Positions 49,601-62,719 of a stretch of DNA of 64,000 bases are shown in pieces (the stretch's first letter is position 1; every line of letters begins with the position of its first letter). Source of the DNA: Eledone cirrhosa (lineage: Eukaryota); assembly GCA_964016885.1 (NCBI GenBank), contig OZ024742.1, forward strand, positions 95,356,001 to 95,420,000. The letters run 5' to 3'. The notes under the pieces were generated by a model. The model worked only from the letters and a program-made list of their open reading frames with translations, did no database searches and had not been told where the DNA came from. Both the position numbers and the translations under genes were made by a program.

Positions 49601-49885
49601 GGGCTGCAACCAGTCCTTGGAGGTGTGTGATTGAAACTCCAGAGAGGACCGGGAAGAGAGCAAACCTTAACAATTGGTAACTAGAACATTACCATTCTTA
49701 CAGGCAAGGATCAGTAACTAGTTGAGGAGGCTAGATGCTACCAGCTAGATATAGTTGGGATTTCTTCAACAAGTTCTGTGTCTCTGGTAATGTAGATTTG
49801 GATGGAAGATGGAAACTCCACTATTCAGACGTGGTGCAATAAAAGAATGCACAGATGGGAGTGGTGATAACATTGACCCCAGATC
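49601..49885 (+). pseudogene. Inverted 5' segment (APE N-terminus) abutting the RTE at 48090-49600
   Basis: Plus strand reads TIGN*NITILTGKDQ*LVEEARCYQLDIVGISST...RWKLHYS, a typical RTE APE start. Confidence 0.7.
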
Positions 49886-50189
49886 CAAAATGTGAGTAGA
49901 GGGGTAAGTTAATTAAATCAACCCCTAGACAAGTCTAGTACTTTATTTTATCAACTCCAGAAGGATGAAAGTAAAATTTGACTGTAGCAGGATTTGTGCT
50001 CAGAATGTAAGAAGCCAGTATAGTTAATGCAAAAACTTTGTGTTGACATTCTAATGCATCTGCTAATTACATGCAATGAAATCTCCAAAAATTGACAAAC
50101 TCCTGATTGTCTTTTACTGAAGCACATCACCCATACCTTTGGGTGAGTGGTGGTTAGATTCAATGAACCAGTAAGCAGACTAGAATCCA

Positions 50190-50490
50190 TGCATGAGTGG
50201 TTACTGGAGGAGAAAACCCAAAACTATGGGCCTAAATTTATTTACCAACATACAAAGCTATTCTAATTATACTATACAATAGGGTGGTTCAGACCCCTAA
50301 AAAATAATGATATATCAATAGAGAAAAAGAAAGGGCAACAGAAAGGGATATATATCTGCAAAGAACAGCTGCTGGTAAACTAATCTATTCCAGAAGACAG
50401 TAAAAGTGTAAAACAATCCTTAGCTTGGCATGGATTGATTACCAAAATGTATTTGATAGCCTACCACACTCTGGAATACTGTTGCTGCTC
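50190..50490 (+). pseudogene. R4/Dong-like RT fragment
   Basis: CKEQLLVN...SLAWIDYQNVFDSLPHSGI. Confidence 0.65.
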
Positions 50491-50829
50491 TATTTCTGTA
50501 AAATTTATCTATATACATTTCTCTCTACCTCCATATATTTTCCTTGCTTGCACATACGCATACACATATACAGTAAACGTTATAAACATAGGAATTACAA
50601 TAAAGGTGGGGCTGGACTGACAAAGCTATGTAAAAATAAGGGGAGGCACAAGACTGATACACAATAGACAGATAAACTTCTTACAATGTGAAATAATTAT
50701 AAAATTATTAAAAAACACACAATAATTAAAAAGAGATATGATATAAAACATAAAAATATTTAGAGATACCCATGCACATACAGACAGTAACATGATAGTT
50801 AAGTTGATTGAGAACAATCCACATTACTG

Positions 50830-52330
50830 CTTACACACCTTGCTCTGTATACTTCCCAGGGATCTTCAAATCATCAGTGATTTCATCGACAAATGCACCC
50901 ACATATTTTGGACAAATGTATTTCTCTCTCTCTAATATTCATATCTCTTGAGAACTAAAAGTCTATCATCTGGAAGCTCTCATTAGTAATTCTTTAATTT
51001 CCAAGTCCATCCACATATTGCATAGGTCTTCATCTTCCAATTCTCATACTTTCTCAAGAAATCCAGTGTTTTTCATGCTGATGTGCATGTATTTCAAAGA
51101 ACCAAGCTGGTTTTTTCAATGAATTCTGTTGGTGCTATTTTGAGGTGTTTTATTTCTGTTCTTTTCTATTCTACACCTGTTGCAACAATTGGCTGGTATT
51201 CTTCAGCCTCCATTTCGTCCTCATGATCACCAATAAAGGGATGGTATTCTTAGGAAGAGGAACATTGTCATTTTTCACCTCTAAGACTGACAATGATGTA
51301 GTTTTCTCTACTACCTCAATAGGTAGGATGTACCTTGACATCATCTGCTTCAGAAATGGGGTGGAAATATATATTCTGGTCCTCTTCAAAACTCATGGAA
51401 TCATGGATGGTGCAGAAGGAATAGTTGCTCTAGGAACTTGTTTCTGAGTGTTGTTTTTAGCTCCTCAGAACAGAAGTCCTTATGTGGATTTTGCTGCCCA
51501 AAATGTAACAACTGGGCTTTCTTCTTTGCATCATCAGTCTTATTGCTTTATAACTTTGTGCCCATAATGAGACAGAGTACTTGTCTTTAAGTGTTTCCTT
51601 TGTGTTATGCCTATCTCTGTACTGGTGTACAAGTGAGGTTTCACGTATTATTTCTGCTTGTTTATTTACTTCTCCCTTACTCCAAAAGTTAGGCAGATAG
51701 TCCCATATGTCTTGTTATTTTCCATGATAAATATTTTAGTCCAGACATCAGATAGCATCTCTTTAAATTTATGGTTTGAAGACTTACTTACTTTGTGAGG
51801 CAAAAGTAAATCAGTTTTCTCCATGCTTAGTTCTGGATATTCTTCAAGCAAGGAGCTACATTCCTTTTGAATACACTGATCACATTCGGTCTTTATTTCA
51901 CCATGTTTAATCATTCATTATTGGATGTTACATTACCAAACTACTCATATGTTTGTTTCAGTATGTGAGTGTCATAGAATGAATTTGAATTGGTCTTAGT
52001 ATTGTCTTGAAATTGTTATAGAATTATATCGGAATGCTTTGGGAATTGTCTTGGAAGTGAGTAGAGCCAGAATAATTATTAAGGCACTTTGAATTTGAGG
52101 CCCTAACAACCTTGCCAATTGACTGCCCGGTTTGGGATACTGACTTGAAACATACCACCAATGTTTTTCTATCAGTTCTAGTTATGGAGATACTTATTGC
52201 TACTTTATATGCTGATTTATTCATTAATGTACTGAAATTATGTATTCCAATTGTACTGTACATTTTTGATGCCTTAGAAGTTCGACCAATTCTTGGGTAT
52301 ATTTGGGTTGCTGGTTTTGAACTATGACAT
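50830..52330 (-). other. Decayed coding-like relic, possibly ORF1/5' part of a LINE
   Basis: Several broken minus-strand frames with codon-like composition; no diagnostic motif recognised. Confidence 0.25.
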
Positions 52331-52689
52331 CAGTATTTTTTACTTGTTCAGCTCTAATTAATTAATGATCTGGTTATTTTGATACAAAGAAAAGCAGTAT
52401 TACTGCTATTAATGTTGTTACATGCTATTAAAATGCCTGCTTATAACAAAATCAGTTTATTTCAGAATAAAGTATTTGATTATATTGCATTCGAGTCTAT
52501 AGTAATTTTAATTAAAACAAGGCTGGAATTACTTTAAATTAAAACAAAGATTGGAAGCATTGTTAATGTCAGATGAACTAATTTGTGTTATTTTTATCGC
52601 ATTTTAAGTTCTGAGTTCAAATTCCACCGAAATCAATTTTGCCTTTCACCCTCCTGGATGAATAACATAAAGTAACAATCCTATGATGA

Positions 52690-52995
52690 TATAATAATGA
52701 AATTATTGTGTACAGTGCTCGGGTGCACTACAACTCATCAAAGATGCTTTTATAGTACATAGAATAATGTACAAATGTCAGGAAAGTGAACAGTTTATGA
52801 GTCATGATGGATAGCTGGAGAGCGACTGACAAGGGTCTTGCTGAGTGATGCCAAGAGACCCTCGGCCGTCTTGACAATTTTAGAGATGTGCTTTGACCAA
52901 CACAATTCACTGCTGACAATAATGCCCAGTTCACAAGAAGACTTCTTGAGATTGTAGAGGGAGTATGTGGACGCTGGGCTTTTCCTCTGAGGATT
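52690..52995 (-). pseudogene. CR1/L2-like LINE relic (RT thumb fragment + 3' tail)
   Basis: ELGIIVSSELCWSKHISKIVKTA matches the DLG...DLxWxxHI motif; tail GTAGTGCACCCGAGCACTGTACACAATAATTTCATTATT. Confidence 0.6.
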
Positions 52996-53139
52996 CATTT
53001 ATTTGAAATTTCCCATTTGGCAAATTGTTGGCCTTTTTAAAATTAAAAACAATTTTTTGCTGAAATCTAAACACAAACCATATAAAATAATTTGCCATTC
53101 AATATATGAAGAGACTCTATTACAAAGTCTTTGTGTGAG

Positions 53140-53345
53140 AATTATCAGAAGTGTCCAACTGAAGGATCCATCAGTAATCTGTCATCATGTTTACACCTCA
53201 CTTTAACTGGTACTGCTCTTCTATTGTTTCTATATCCTGACAAAATCTTTCTCCTTGATAAAGTTTTTCTGGAAAGTGATCTAAGTGGTTGCTTATTAAA
53301 ATAGAAAATATGCTCTCTACTAATTCTAAGAAATTCTCTCTACTA
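53140..53345 (-). pseudogene. DNA transposase C-terminal relic, probably Chapaev3/CMC-like
   Basis: NHLDHFPEKL-YQGERFCQDIETIEEQYQ...NMMTDY*W resembles the HSHLDFFP...QGERFHQDI...ERRYQG.W...MMADYCW motif; superfamily assigned from memory. Confidence 0.5.
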
Positions 53346-53453
53346 CACATACATATGGTAGCAGACACTTGTTTAAACCTGTGGCCATGTAGTGAGACCA
53401 AACATGGAACTTCATTGTGAGGTGAACTTTGTAACTTTTTAGCTATACTGTGG

Positions 53454-53646
53454 TCGTGGTTCATTGGCAGAATCAGTAGAGCGTCAGATACAATGCTTTT
53501 CAGCATAGTTATGGCCCTTTACCTTCTGAGTTCAAATCCTGCCGAGGTTAACTTTGCCTTTAATCCTTATGGTGTCAATAAAATAAACCACCAGTAATGC
53601 ACTGAGGGTGATTGTTGGCCTTGTGCCAAAAGTAGAAACACATATT
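53454..53646 (+). mobile_element. SINE family B copy
   Basis: Matches 19493-19680 over its length. Confidence 0.88.
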
Positions 53647-55008
53647 AAACAGAATAATAAATTAAATATATTGAGACAGAATAATAAATAAAAGATATTT
53701 AACTCCAGTATAGAGTTACATAAAGGCAAGGGTAATGTTGTAGTTTGCATGTGAGAAAATCGTAGAATTCATGTGGGGGTATGTGACATGCAATGGTTAC
53801 AATATATGGTCTTTTAGTTTCACCAGTGGACAGCTGCTGTTGTTTATAAAAACATTCCAGCCACTGAAGATAGAAACATAACCAGTTGTACATAGGACAG
53901 CTACAAAGTGGGATCATAGACATGATATTAGACTTTAGACTGATCTAAACTGATTAGAGCCCCACCATTGCCAGATCTAGTGCCAAATCAATCTACAATG
54001 TATCATGAAGGGCAGATTATTATAGATATATCTTCAGAGAATTACACAAGTTTGTGGGTCTGTGACTACATCAGTAGTATGATATATGTCAAACTACTGA
54101 GGATGCTGATGATAATAATTAATTTCTGAAAAAGGCTCAAGACTACAAATATTCTTTTACAGGGAGAGGTTACTTAATTTTATAAACCATAGAAAGAATT
54201 AAGACAAAGCTGACAAGATATGAACTCAGAGCTTAAAGAAAAAAATATAGCCATCAAGTATAACTTGGTACTCCATACCGTGCTTTCACTAAGTGTTTTA
54301 GGTGCCTATGCAGTCACAAGCAGAGACACCTTGTCAGACCTCCCTAAGTCGATCCACTAGAACATCTAAGCCCGGCATGTGAAACATGCAGCCCTTTACA
54401 AGCTCACCTCCGGCCTGCACAAAGGTTTTTACAGCATGAGTGTAATATAAAATAAAAAAATATTAGTTGTAATGTGCGCAATTAGTTGTCATGTTTGGCC
54501 CTCAGACAACACATATGTGACTCATGTGGCCTGATTTAGGCTATGACAGCAGGAAGCAGAGAGAGCAGTACCATCCCCCGCCAAAAACAAAAAAAAAATT
54601 TTGAAAGGAAAAAATGCACATTAGTAGAAGAGTTGAGAGTCAGAATAATCATCCAATGCTACAAGTCATTTTCTTAGTTTCCCAACCAATTCAACCACAC
54701 CTATGATGACCATATTTTCTTACCTTCTTTCAATGTGCACAGTGTGATGATGAAAGGATTGTTGGGGCTGTGATGTGAACACTTCTTTTTTAGTCCCTTC
54801 CCATAGCTGACTCTGAGAGAGAGGAGAACTCAACCCAGTACTTCACTATTACCTTATCCACCCTCAAAGGATGACCAGTAAAGTTGGCCTTGTCAAGATT
54901 TGATCTTGAAGTACAGGGAGCTAGAATGAATAACACAAAGCATTCATTCTATCCAATGCCCTAATTACTCTACCAATTATGCTACCAACCCCACTTCTGC
55001 CTTATTAA

Positions 55009-55723
55009 CATCATCATCATCATCATCATCATCAGGTTTAGCGTCCGTGTTCCACGCTTGCATGGGTTTGGACGGGGGTTTTCCCACTTGAGGCAAGAGT
55101 GGTTGTCTTGCTCGCATAGGACTGTCTGGCGGGTTTTCTACAGTTGGATGCCCTTCCTAACACCAACCACATTTACAGTGTGGGTCTGGGAGGTTTTTAC
55201 CGTGTTGCCTACACGGCCACATTACAGCGTGGACTGTCTGGCGGGTTTTCTACAGCTGGATGCCCTTCCTAACACCAACCACATTTACAGTGTGGGGCTG
55301 GGAGGTTTTTACCGTGTTGCCTACACGGCCACATTTACAGCGTGGACTGTGTGTTTTTTGTCGTGACACCTACACGATCTCATTTGTTTCGGCCTGGATG
55401 TTGTGGGACCAACATAACTTTACATTGAAAGGGGCGGTGTGGAGGTGGTGGGACGGGGGTGTGTTTTGATAGAGGTGCCTACTGACTGTAGTAGGTTTTT
55501 ACTTTGTATTTAGGTAAGGCGGGTCTTCTCTATTACTGAGTACCGCCAAAGGTCTCGGTCCAGTGACATTGTCTTGGAGAGGTGTAAGCATGTGAGGTCG
55601 GAATTTATCAGCTCGTCCCATGTTTTTCTGGGTCTGCCTACTCCGTGGCTACCGTCTATCTTTATTGCCCTGCACTTTGTTATACAGCTGTCGTCTTTCA
55701 TGCGCATCACGTGACCGTACCGC
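55009..55723 (-). mobile_element. 3' part of an RTE family-B LINE: ORF end, ~500-nt 3'UTR with a tandem 112/113-bp duplication, (GAT)n tail
   Basis: YGHVMRMKDD...GRPRKTWDE...EKTRLT-stop at 55510; duplicated units 55119-55230 and 55231-55343. Confidence 0.88.
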
Positions 55724-56014
55724 GCTATAAAAGACAGATTCTACGAGACACTGATGCTCGCTACCTCCCACATAACCGACAGTGACTATATAGTTATTGC
55801 AGGCGACCTAAATGGTCACGTTGGACAACATTGTGACGGCTATGACGGAATCCATGGAGGCTATGGGTTCGGTACTAGAAATGAGGAAGGCTCCAGAATC
55901 CTGGAATTCTGCGACGCAAATAACTTAACCATCTGTAACACTAACTTCAAAAAACGAGACAATCACTTGATCACCTATAGATCGGGGGAACACACAAGCC
56001 AGGTAGATTATATC
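55724..56014 (+). pseudogene. Inverted APE-domain segment of an RTE, fused head-to-head with 55009-55723
   Basis: KDRFYE...IAGDLNGHVG...GTRNEEGSRILEFC...CNTNFKK...SQVDYI, uninterrupted. Confidence 0.9.
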
Positions 56015-56501
56015 TAGATTTTCTCTATCGTAATTTCTTAAACAAAACAAATCTTGTATTTTCGTTTATTGTTAAATCATGCCCAAAATACGGCGATCTT
56101 ATCTTAAACCTTACATTCTCGCTATCACTATTATATATTCCTTTAAATATAATTTGTTAAACTTGCTAAGTTTTACGCAAATCTTCGAGTACCTATTTAA
56201 ACTTTTAACCCCTGCTCCATCCCATATTCTACCCCCTACCCATTCATCATGCTGGTTCCTGCCCCCCCCCCCCTCCCTCTCTATACATATAAGATAAAAC
56301 CCTACCAAAATTAATCAAAATCGCCAACTCGCTATTTCTGGGATGGCTGTTCCCTTCGGTATAAAGTAACGTTCAAATTTTTCTCGATTCTTCTCTCCAT
56401 TCGAACCCATTCATTCAATCACTTCTATGTCCTAAATTCACACTATATCATATTTTCACCATTATATATCATATCTTTTCTCTAAAAATCATATTTTCCC
56501 T

Positions 56502-56686
56502 TAATAATTGTTTCTACTTTTGGCACAAGGCCAGCATTTACCCAGTACAAAACTGGAACTTTATTTTATCGACCCCGTAAGGATGAAAGGCAAATTTAAC
56601 CTCGGTGAGATTTGAACTCAGAGCATAAAGGGCCGTAACTCTTTGCTGCAAAGCATGGCGTCAGACCCTCTACTGATACTGCCAAT
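56502..56686 (-). mobile_element. SINE family B copy
   Basis: Reverse complement of 19493-19680. Confidence 0.9.
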
Positions 56687-57069
56687 GATAGAAAAATAGA
56701 TGAAGAAGAGGAAGGGCAAATTCCTTTAAGAGGCATGATAAAATTCAATAGTTACATCAATGTCGACAAGATGATTTGAGGATAAACTGAGAGATCTGGT
56801 ACTGTTATGATAATTTGATTTATTCGGTCTGTCAGAAATAAAGATAGTTAGAATAAATCAAGTTGTTTTGGTTTTATTAAAATATGAAACAACAAAAATG
56901 AAAAAAAAAAAGTAATAATAATAACAACAAATATAATGAATACAATAATATCCTCTCAAACTTGATGATTTTTCAATAAAATGTTTGTTTATTTTTGTGG
57001 ATTACATCCCACATATTTTACATTCTACCATCAGTAAATGATCAACATAATGATATCAGTCTCACAAGA

Positions 57070-57083
57070 AGAACAACAACAAA

Positions 57084-57119
<36 letters not shown>

Positions 57120-57152
57120 AAAAACTGCAACGAAAACAACTACAACAACTGC
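57070..57152. repeat. (ACT)/(ACA) microsatellite
   Basis: Direct reading. Confidence 0.9.
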
Positions 57153-57342
57153 AAAAGTAAAAGTTAGTTCAATACTGGTTATCTAATTCCATCCATAAAA
57201 AATATATGAAATACAGCATTTAATTTAAGGAGATAATCATCACCAATGTCGGGTGTCTAGATGGCAGGGACAATAGTAGTTATTCTGAGTTTTTCAGTCA
57301 TATTAGCTATCAGTTAATTCTACTAAACTGTTCCATCTGCAC

Positions 57343-57379
<37 letters not shown>

Positions 57380-57557
57380 GGTGCATCTGCATCTGTGTTT
57401 ATGTTTGTGTCCTGTAACATAACAGTTTCACAAGGAGAGATCAATAAAATAAGTACTAGACTTGAAAAATAGGTATTGGGTTTGATATGATTGACTAGAT
57501 GAATATAATACCCCACCATGACTGCAGTCAACTGACTGAAATAAGGGAATAAGTGAA

Positions 57558-57598
<41 letters not shown>

Positions 57599-58160
57599 GT
57601 ATGTATATCATCATCAACACCATTTAACATCTATTTTTCTATGTTAGCATGGGTTAGACGAGTTGTCCTGTTGTGAGAAATGCCAGGTCAGGTGACTACG
57701 TCTTACTCATACAGAACTGGTTTCTACAGCTGGGTGCCCTTCCTAATGCCAACCACATTTACAGTGAGAACTAGGTGCTTTTTAGCGTGACACTTACATG
57801 ACCACTTTACAGTGTGGATTGGATGCTTTTTGTCGTGTCACCATCACAACCATTTTACAGTGTGGGCTGGAGGTTAAACTAGATGTAGTATTCAACCTGT
57901 CCTTAAGGGAGATATATGGAAGAGTGGGTTGGAGTGGAGGGGTGGTGGTGCATTGTATATATATTGTGTATGGTGTGTAATGCTTAGTTATTGATGATTC
58001 ACCAGTTTGAGCACTCAATACTATTGATCCCAGAGTTGGAACAGATCACTACTGATTGTACCTTGAGCTGATCAATTGAGAAATGTGCATCACAAGTGAA
58101 TAAACATAATAAAGTTACATTGATACTTCATTCCTGCCCTTTATTATTGTTATTATTATT

Positions 58161-58357
58161 AATAATAATAATTGTTTCTACTTTTGGCACAAGGCCAGCA
58201 AATACCCAGTACATTACTGGTTCTTTATTTTATTGACCCCGTAAGGATGAAAGGCAAAGTTAACCTCAACGGGATTTGAACTCATACTGTAAAGGGACGT
58301 AACTATGCTAGAAAGCATGGCGTCCAACCCTCTACCGATACTGCCAATTCACCGCCG
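58161..58357 (-). mobile_element. SINE family B copy
   Basis: Full match including the head GGCGGTGAATTGGCAGTATCGGTAG and (ATT)n tail. Confidence 0.9.
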
Positions 58358-58517
58358 TTTCGTAAGATTTGAAATCAGAACATAAAGAGCATCAGCAGTA
58401 TCGATGGAGCATTGGACAACATACATTGTGGCATATAGTTACGGCCCTTTACGTTCCGATTTCAAATCTTGCGAAAATTTGCCTATCATCCTTACCTTAC
58501 AGGGTTGATAAAATAAT

Positions 58518-58705
58518 TGTTTCTACTTTTGGCACAAGGCCAGCAATTATCCTAGTGCATTACTGGTACTTTATTTTATCGACCCCGTAAGGATGAAAGG
58601 CAAAGTTAACCTTGGCGGATTTGAACTCAGATTGTAAAGGACCATAACTCTATGCTGCAAAGCATGAAGTCTGGCGCTTTAGCAATACTGGCAAAGCACC
58701 ACCCA
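58518..58705 (-). mobile_element. SINE family B copy nested in an older plus-strand copy (~58390-58790)
   Basis: 13-bp target duplication TTGATAAAATAAT at 58505-58517 and 58706-58718. Confidence 0.88.
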
Positions 58706-60499
58706 TTGATAAAATAATGTACCAGCAACATACTTGTGTCAATTTAATCAATTTTCCTCTCCCCAAAAATTGTTGACCTTGTGCCTAAATCATCATCATC
58801 ATCGTTTAACGTCCATCTTCCATGCTAGCATGGGTTAAACGGTTTTGTTCCATTTGATGCGGGAATTGTCTCTGGCAGATTTTTTTTACAGCTGGATGCT
58901 ATTCCTAACACCAACCAATTTACAGTGTTTATATATATATATGTATGTATATAAATCTCTCTCTATATATATATATATGTCTGTGTGTGTGTAGCAAAAA
59001 CTTAATGTTTAGTGTGCTCAACTCATGATCATAATGTCATATGTTCATTTCCAAGTGATAAGCGAGATGCTTTATTTTGTGTTGCGCCAGTCCATTCAGC
59101 TGGCAAAAATTAGTTGTAACTTAAATTCAAAGGATCAGCATGTCTCACTGTATCATGCTGAATCTCCCTGAGAACTGATACTTAAAGTTACATGTGTCAG
59201 GGGAATCCCTATCCATTTGCACTTTAATTTCATGAGCAATCCTTTCCATTGCTCTAATGACTGGAAAGCTCATCATCAGAACTGACAGAGGTTTAACCGA
59301 TGCACATACATGTCTTGTGGGTGTTTATTTTTTTTTTTGGGGGGGTATTCTGAATGCGAATATCGTCTGACAAAACAGAATATAAAGAAAAACAACAAAC
59401 TACCATACACAACATCATCATCAACACATCGTTCCCACTACTCCTACTCCTTTTCTGCCTCATTATCATTATAAGGTATCACCTACTCTCAGTAGGTGGA
59501 ATACTATGGATCAGTCTAATGTTATGCATGGTTAATTATGGACTTATATGTGGTAGGGGCTTCCATAGTAACTGGTTAGCTTTGGCCGAATTTGAACTTG
59601 AAATACATAGACTCAGAACAAATACTGTAAAGCATCTCATTTTGCACTGACACTTTCAATGCCAAACTGCCTAAAACCACACCTGGTATTATTAAAAAAA
59701 ACTGTTTATTTTAAAGTGTTTATATTTATAAACAAGAAATAAACAACCATCAAAATTTTGTGAGGGGATCTTTTATAAGTTGACACCAAACACCAGCTTA
59801 AAATTGACACAGTCAGTTATATTAACAAGTTCTTCCAATTCGTTGGTTATTTGAAAATCATAAGCAGCATCTTTACAATGTAAAAGCTAATGATTCTACC
59901 AGCCGACTGCCATTGACTGGTACTTTATTTATTGAACCCAAAATAATATAAAGCAAACTTGACCTCACAACAGGTTTTAAGCATTATGCATTTTGTTAGA
60001 GAGATGTCCAGAATATGACAGGTATGTATATTTATCACCTCTGGTACTACTTGCACTTAGAATATTGTGTAACAAAACTAAACACAACTCTTATGATAAT
60101 AAATGAATGTATGCCAGTGGTGAAATGGATAAAGACATCACTACTCTATATTTAGAAATATAATTTTCTTAGTTAAAATCTAGTTTTGAAATTATTTACA
60201 TAACCAAGAAAAAAAACATCTGAAAATGAATGGAGATCAATCAAAATGAATGGAGATTATATTTATTATTTGTGTTTTGTCTTTTCCTTCAGTTTTAGAG
60301 AGTCTTCCCAACACTTAGGGCAGAGAACCTCACTGCATACATTGGTAAGCATCAACATAAACACACAAGATTGTTCACATCATGTACTTTTCAGAGTTAT
60401 AAGTATATCATTTGCTTTATACAGATGCACATTATCTGTTTAAAATCATATTTACAACAGAACGATGTTCTATTATATAAGAGTGCTATTATATAAGAC

Positions 60500-61105
60500 T
60501 ATGTGGAGAGGTGGGTCTGCTAGATTCATTGTGAGTAAAAAACGATACTATAAACTTTCCTGGGTGGGAAATGACAATGGACTGGGTGGAATAGGAATTA
60601 TGTTAGCTGAAAAATGGGTAGATAAGGTAATTGCCGTAAATAGAGTGAATGACAGAATAATTAAAATAAGACTAGTTCTAAATATATCTACTGTGACAAT
60701 AATATCCGCTTATGTACCCCAATCTGGTCTACCTGATGTTATAAAGGACAGGTTCTATGAGTCGCTAATGCACACTACCTCCCAAATAACTGACAGTGAC
60801 TACTTAATTATTGCTGGCGACCTAAATGGACAACATAGTGATGGCTATGATGGAATCGATGGAGGCTATGGGTTTTGTAATAGAAATGTAGAAAGCTTCA
60901 GAATCCTGGAATTCTGTGATGCTAATAAGCTAACTATCTGTAACACAAACTTCAAAAAAACAAGACAATCACTTGATGACCTATAGATCAAGGGAACACA
61001 CCAGATAGATTATATCCTTGCTAGAAGACGTGACAAAGTGTCTCCCATCTAACCCATGCTAGCATGGAAGATAGACGTTAAACAATGACGATGATGATGA
61101 TGATG
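60500..61105 (+). pseudogene. Internally deleted RTE family-B copy: APE fragment joined directly to the 3' tail
   Basis: WRGGSAR...ISAYVPQSG...AGDLNG...CNTNFKK...DYIL, then CCATCTAACCCATGCTAGCATGGAAGATAGACGTTAAAC and (GAT)n. Confidence 0.88.
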
Positions 61106-61139
61106 AATCTAATAAAGTTAAGTAAAAAAAAATAATGTA

Positions 61140-62030
61140 CATAGATGATTATCTTTCTCGCAGTGATAGTGCTCTTTTTATTATGAATGCAATACCAGTT
61201 AAAACATTTTTTTTGCACGTCTTGTACTCATAGTAAGCCAGGGATAAAATAATTTTCTGTTATTGTTTTGATCATTCAAAATGCTCCTACAGTCAATGGT
61301 ATTGTGACCTCCTTGAGATGCCACATTTTTTTTTATTTTAATCTGCAAGCCATTATATTTTCTGAGCTTGTTAAATTCTTTTATTGCAATATTGTCATCA
61401 CATGGGATGCCCATATCAATCAATATACAGACTTTGTTATTTTGGCCTTTAACAATAATAACTTGTCTGTTAGCTTTAATGGTTTTGTCTGTATGCACAG
61501 GAACGTCCCACAGAATTGTTACAGTTTCTCCCTCAATTACAGCCTCGGATGGATGCTTATACCACTTATCAGCAGTTTTGAATATATAATGCCATTATAT
61601 TAATTGATGCATATATTTGCCTTGATTTAAACTTTAGTGGTGCTAAAACTTTACATCCAGAGATTTAGTGATCCACAGTTTCAATCTAATCGTTGCAGAA
61701 TCAGCACTTAGGATCTATTCCATTTCTTATTACATTGACTTGATATTTCTGAGGTAATAAGCTTTGATCTAGAGCAGCTATGATTAAGCCTTCACTTTCT
61801 CTCTTTAACCCTGAGCTATGTAGCCACTGATGAGTGTGTTTCTGGTCAACATCAGATTGTTTTCTATGGGCCACATAATTGCCATGCAGCAATTCCTACT
61901 CCCACCTTGCTATCAATTGTTCATGCACTATTTTCTTAGCCATTAACTTTACTTGCTTTGCAACAACGGTTGTCACAGTTCCTTCAGTCTGTTCAGCCCG
62001 GATATTAGTCATGAAAACAGTAGCAAATAT
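61140..62030 (-). pseudogene. R4/Dong-like retrotransposon 3' relic (CCHC + restriction-like endonuclease)
   Basis: LHGNY...QWL..SGLKRESEGLIIAALDQSL...DPKC, HTDKTIKANR.VIIV...CILIDMGIPCDDNI...KLRKY. Confidence 0.8.
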
Positions 62031-62719
62031 ACCAGCAGTGGTGTGAGGTGGATAAAGGGAACTACATTTTTCACCATGATTTGAGGTATGCTTCCTGTAG
62101 TAACATTGCTGTTTATTGCCTTTCCTCCTACAGAAATTTAGTAACAGATGGTTAGTATTTTTTCTACACATTCCACTGGAAATACAGTTTTCATATATAT
62201 AGGATGACAAGCCCTTAGATACACAAATGATTATTTTAAATTCCTCATATTTATCTGAAATTATTTCCACCATAATTTTATGTAAGACCCTTTGTTAAGT
62301 TATGCTCCGAACAGCAGATAAATACTGAGAAAGTTAGTAATATGACTACATGTAATGTATGTATAACAAAGGGCAGTCAAAATTCTAAAAGTAACTATAG
62401 GTATAAATCTTTCGTCAGTCATTGATTTGTCTCTGGTTCTCATTTCCCCATTTCTCCAAATAAACAAACATTTTCCCCAATTCATTCCTCTTATTGCTTT
62501 ATATAATGGAAACAAATATGAAAATAAAAATAAAAAAGTAGAAGAATATCAAAAATATAGTTTGCAATTTGTTTGTTTACAAGTGATGGTCTTTTTAAGA
62601 TTTTCTAGTGCAGTGGTTAATGAGCAATTATTTTCACATGAGAATGGTACATCTTGAGACAAAGTGTCTGTGTCATCTTTTAAAGAAGCTAGGCAGTATG
62701 TCTATATCATTAATTTCCA

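Noticed and set aside
54355-54535. hAT-like MITE (GGCCC-rich motifs; also CAGAGGTTCTCAAAC at ~63811)
   Set aside because: No matching pair of terminal inverted repeats or 8-bp target duplication could be identified.
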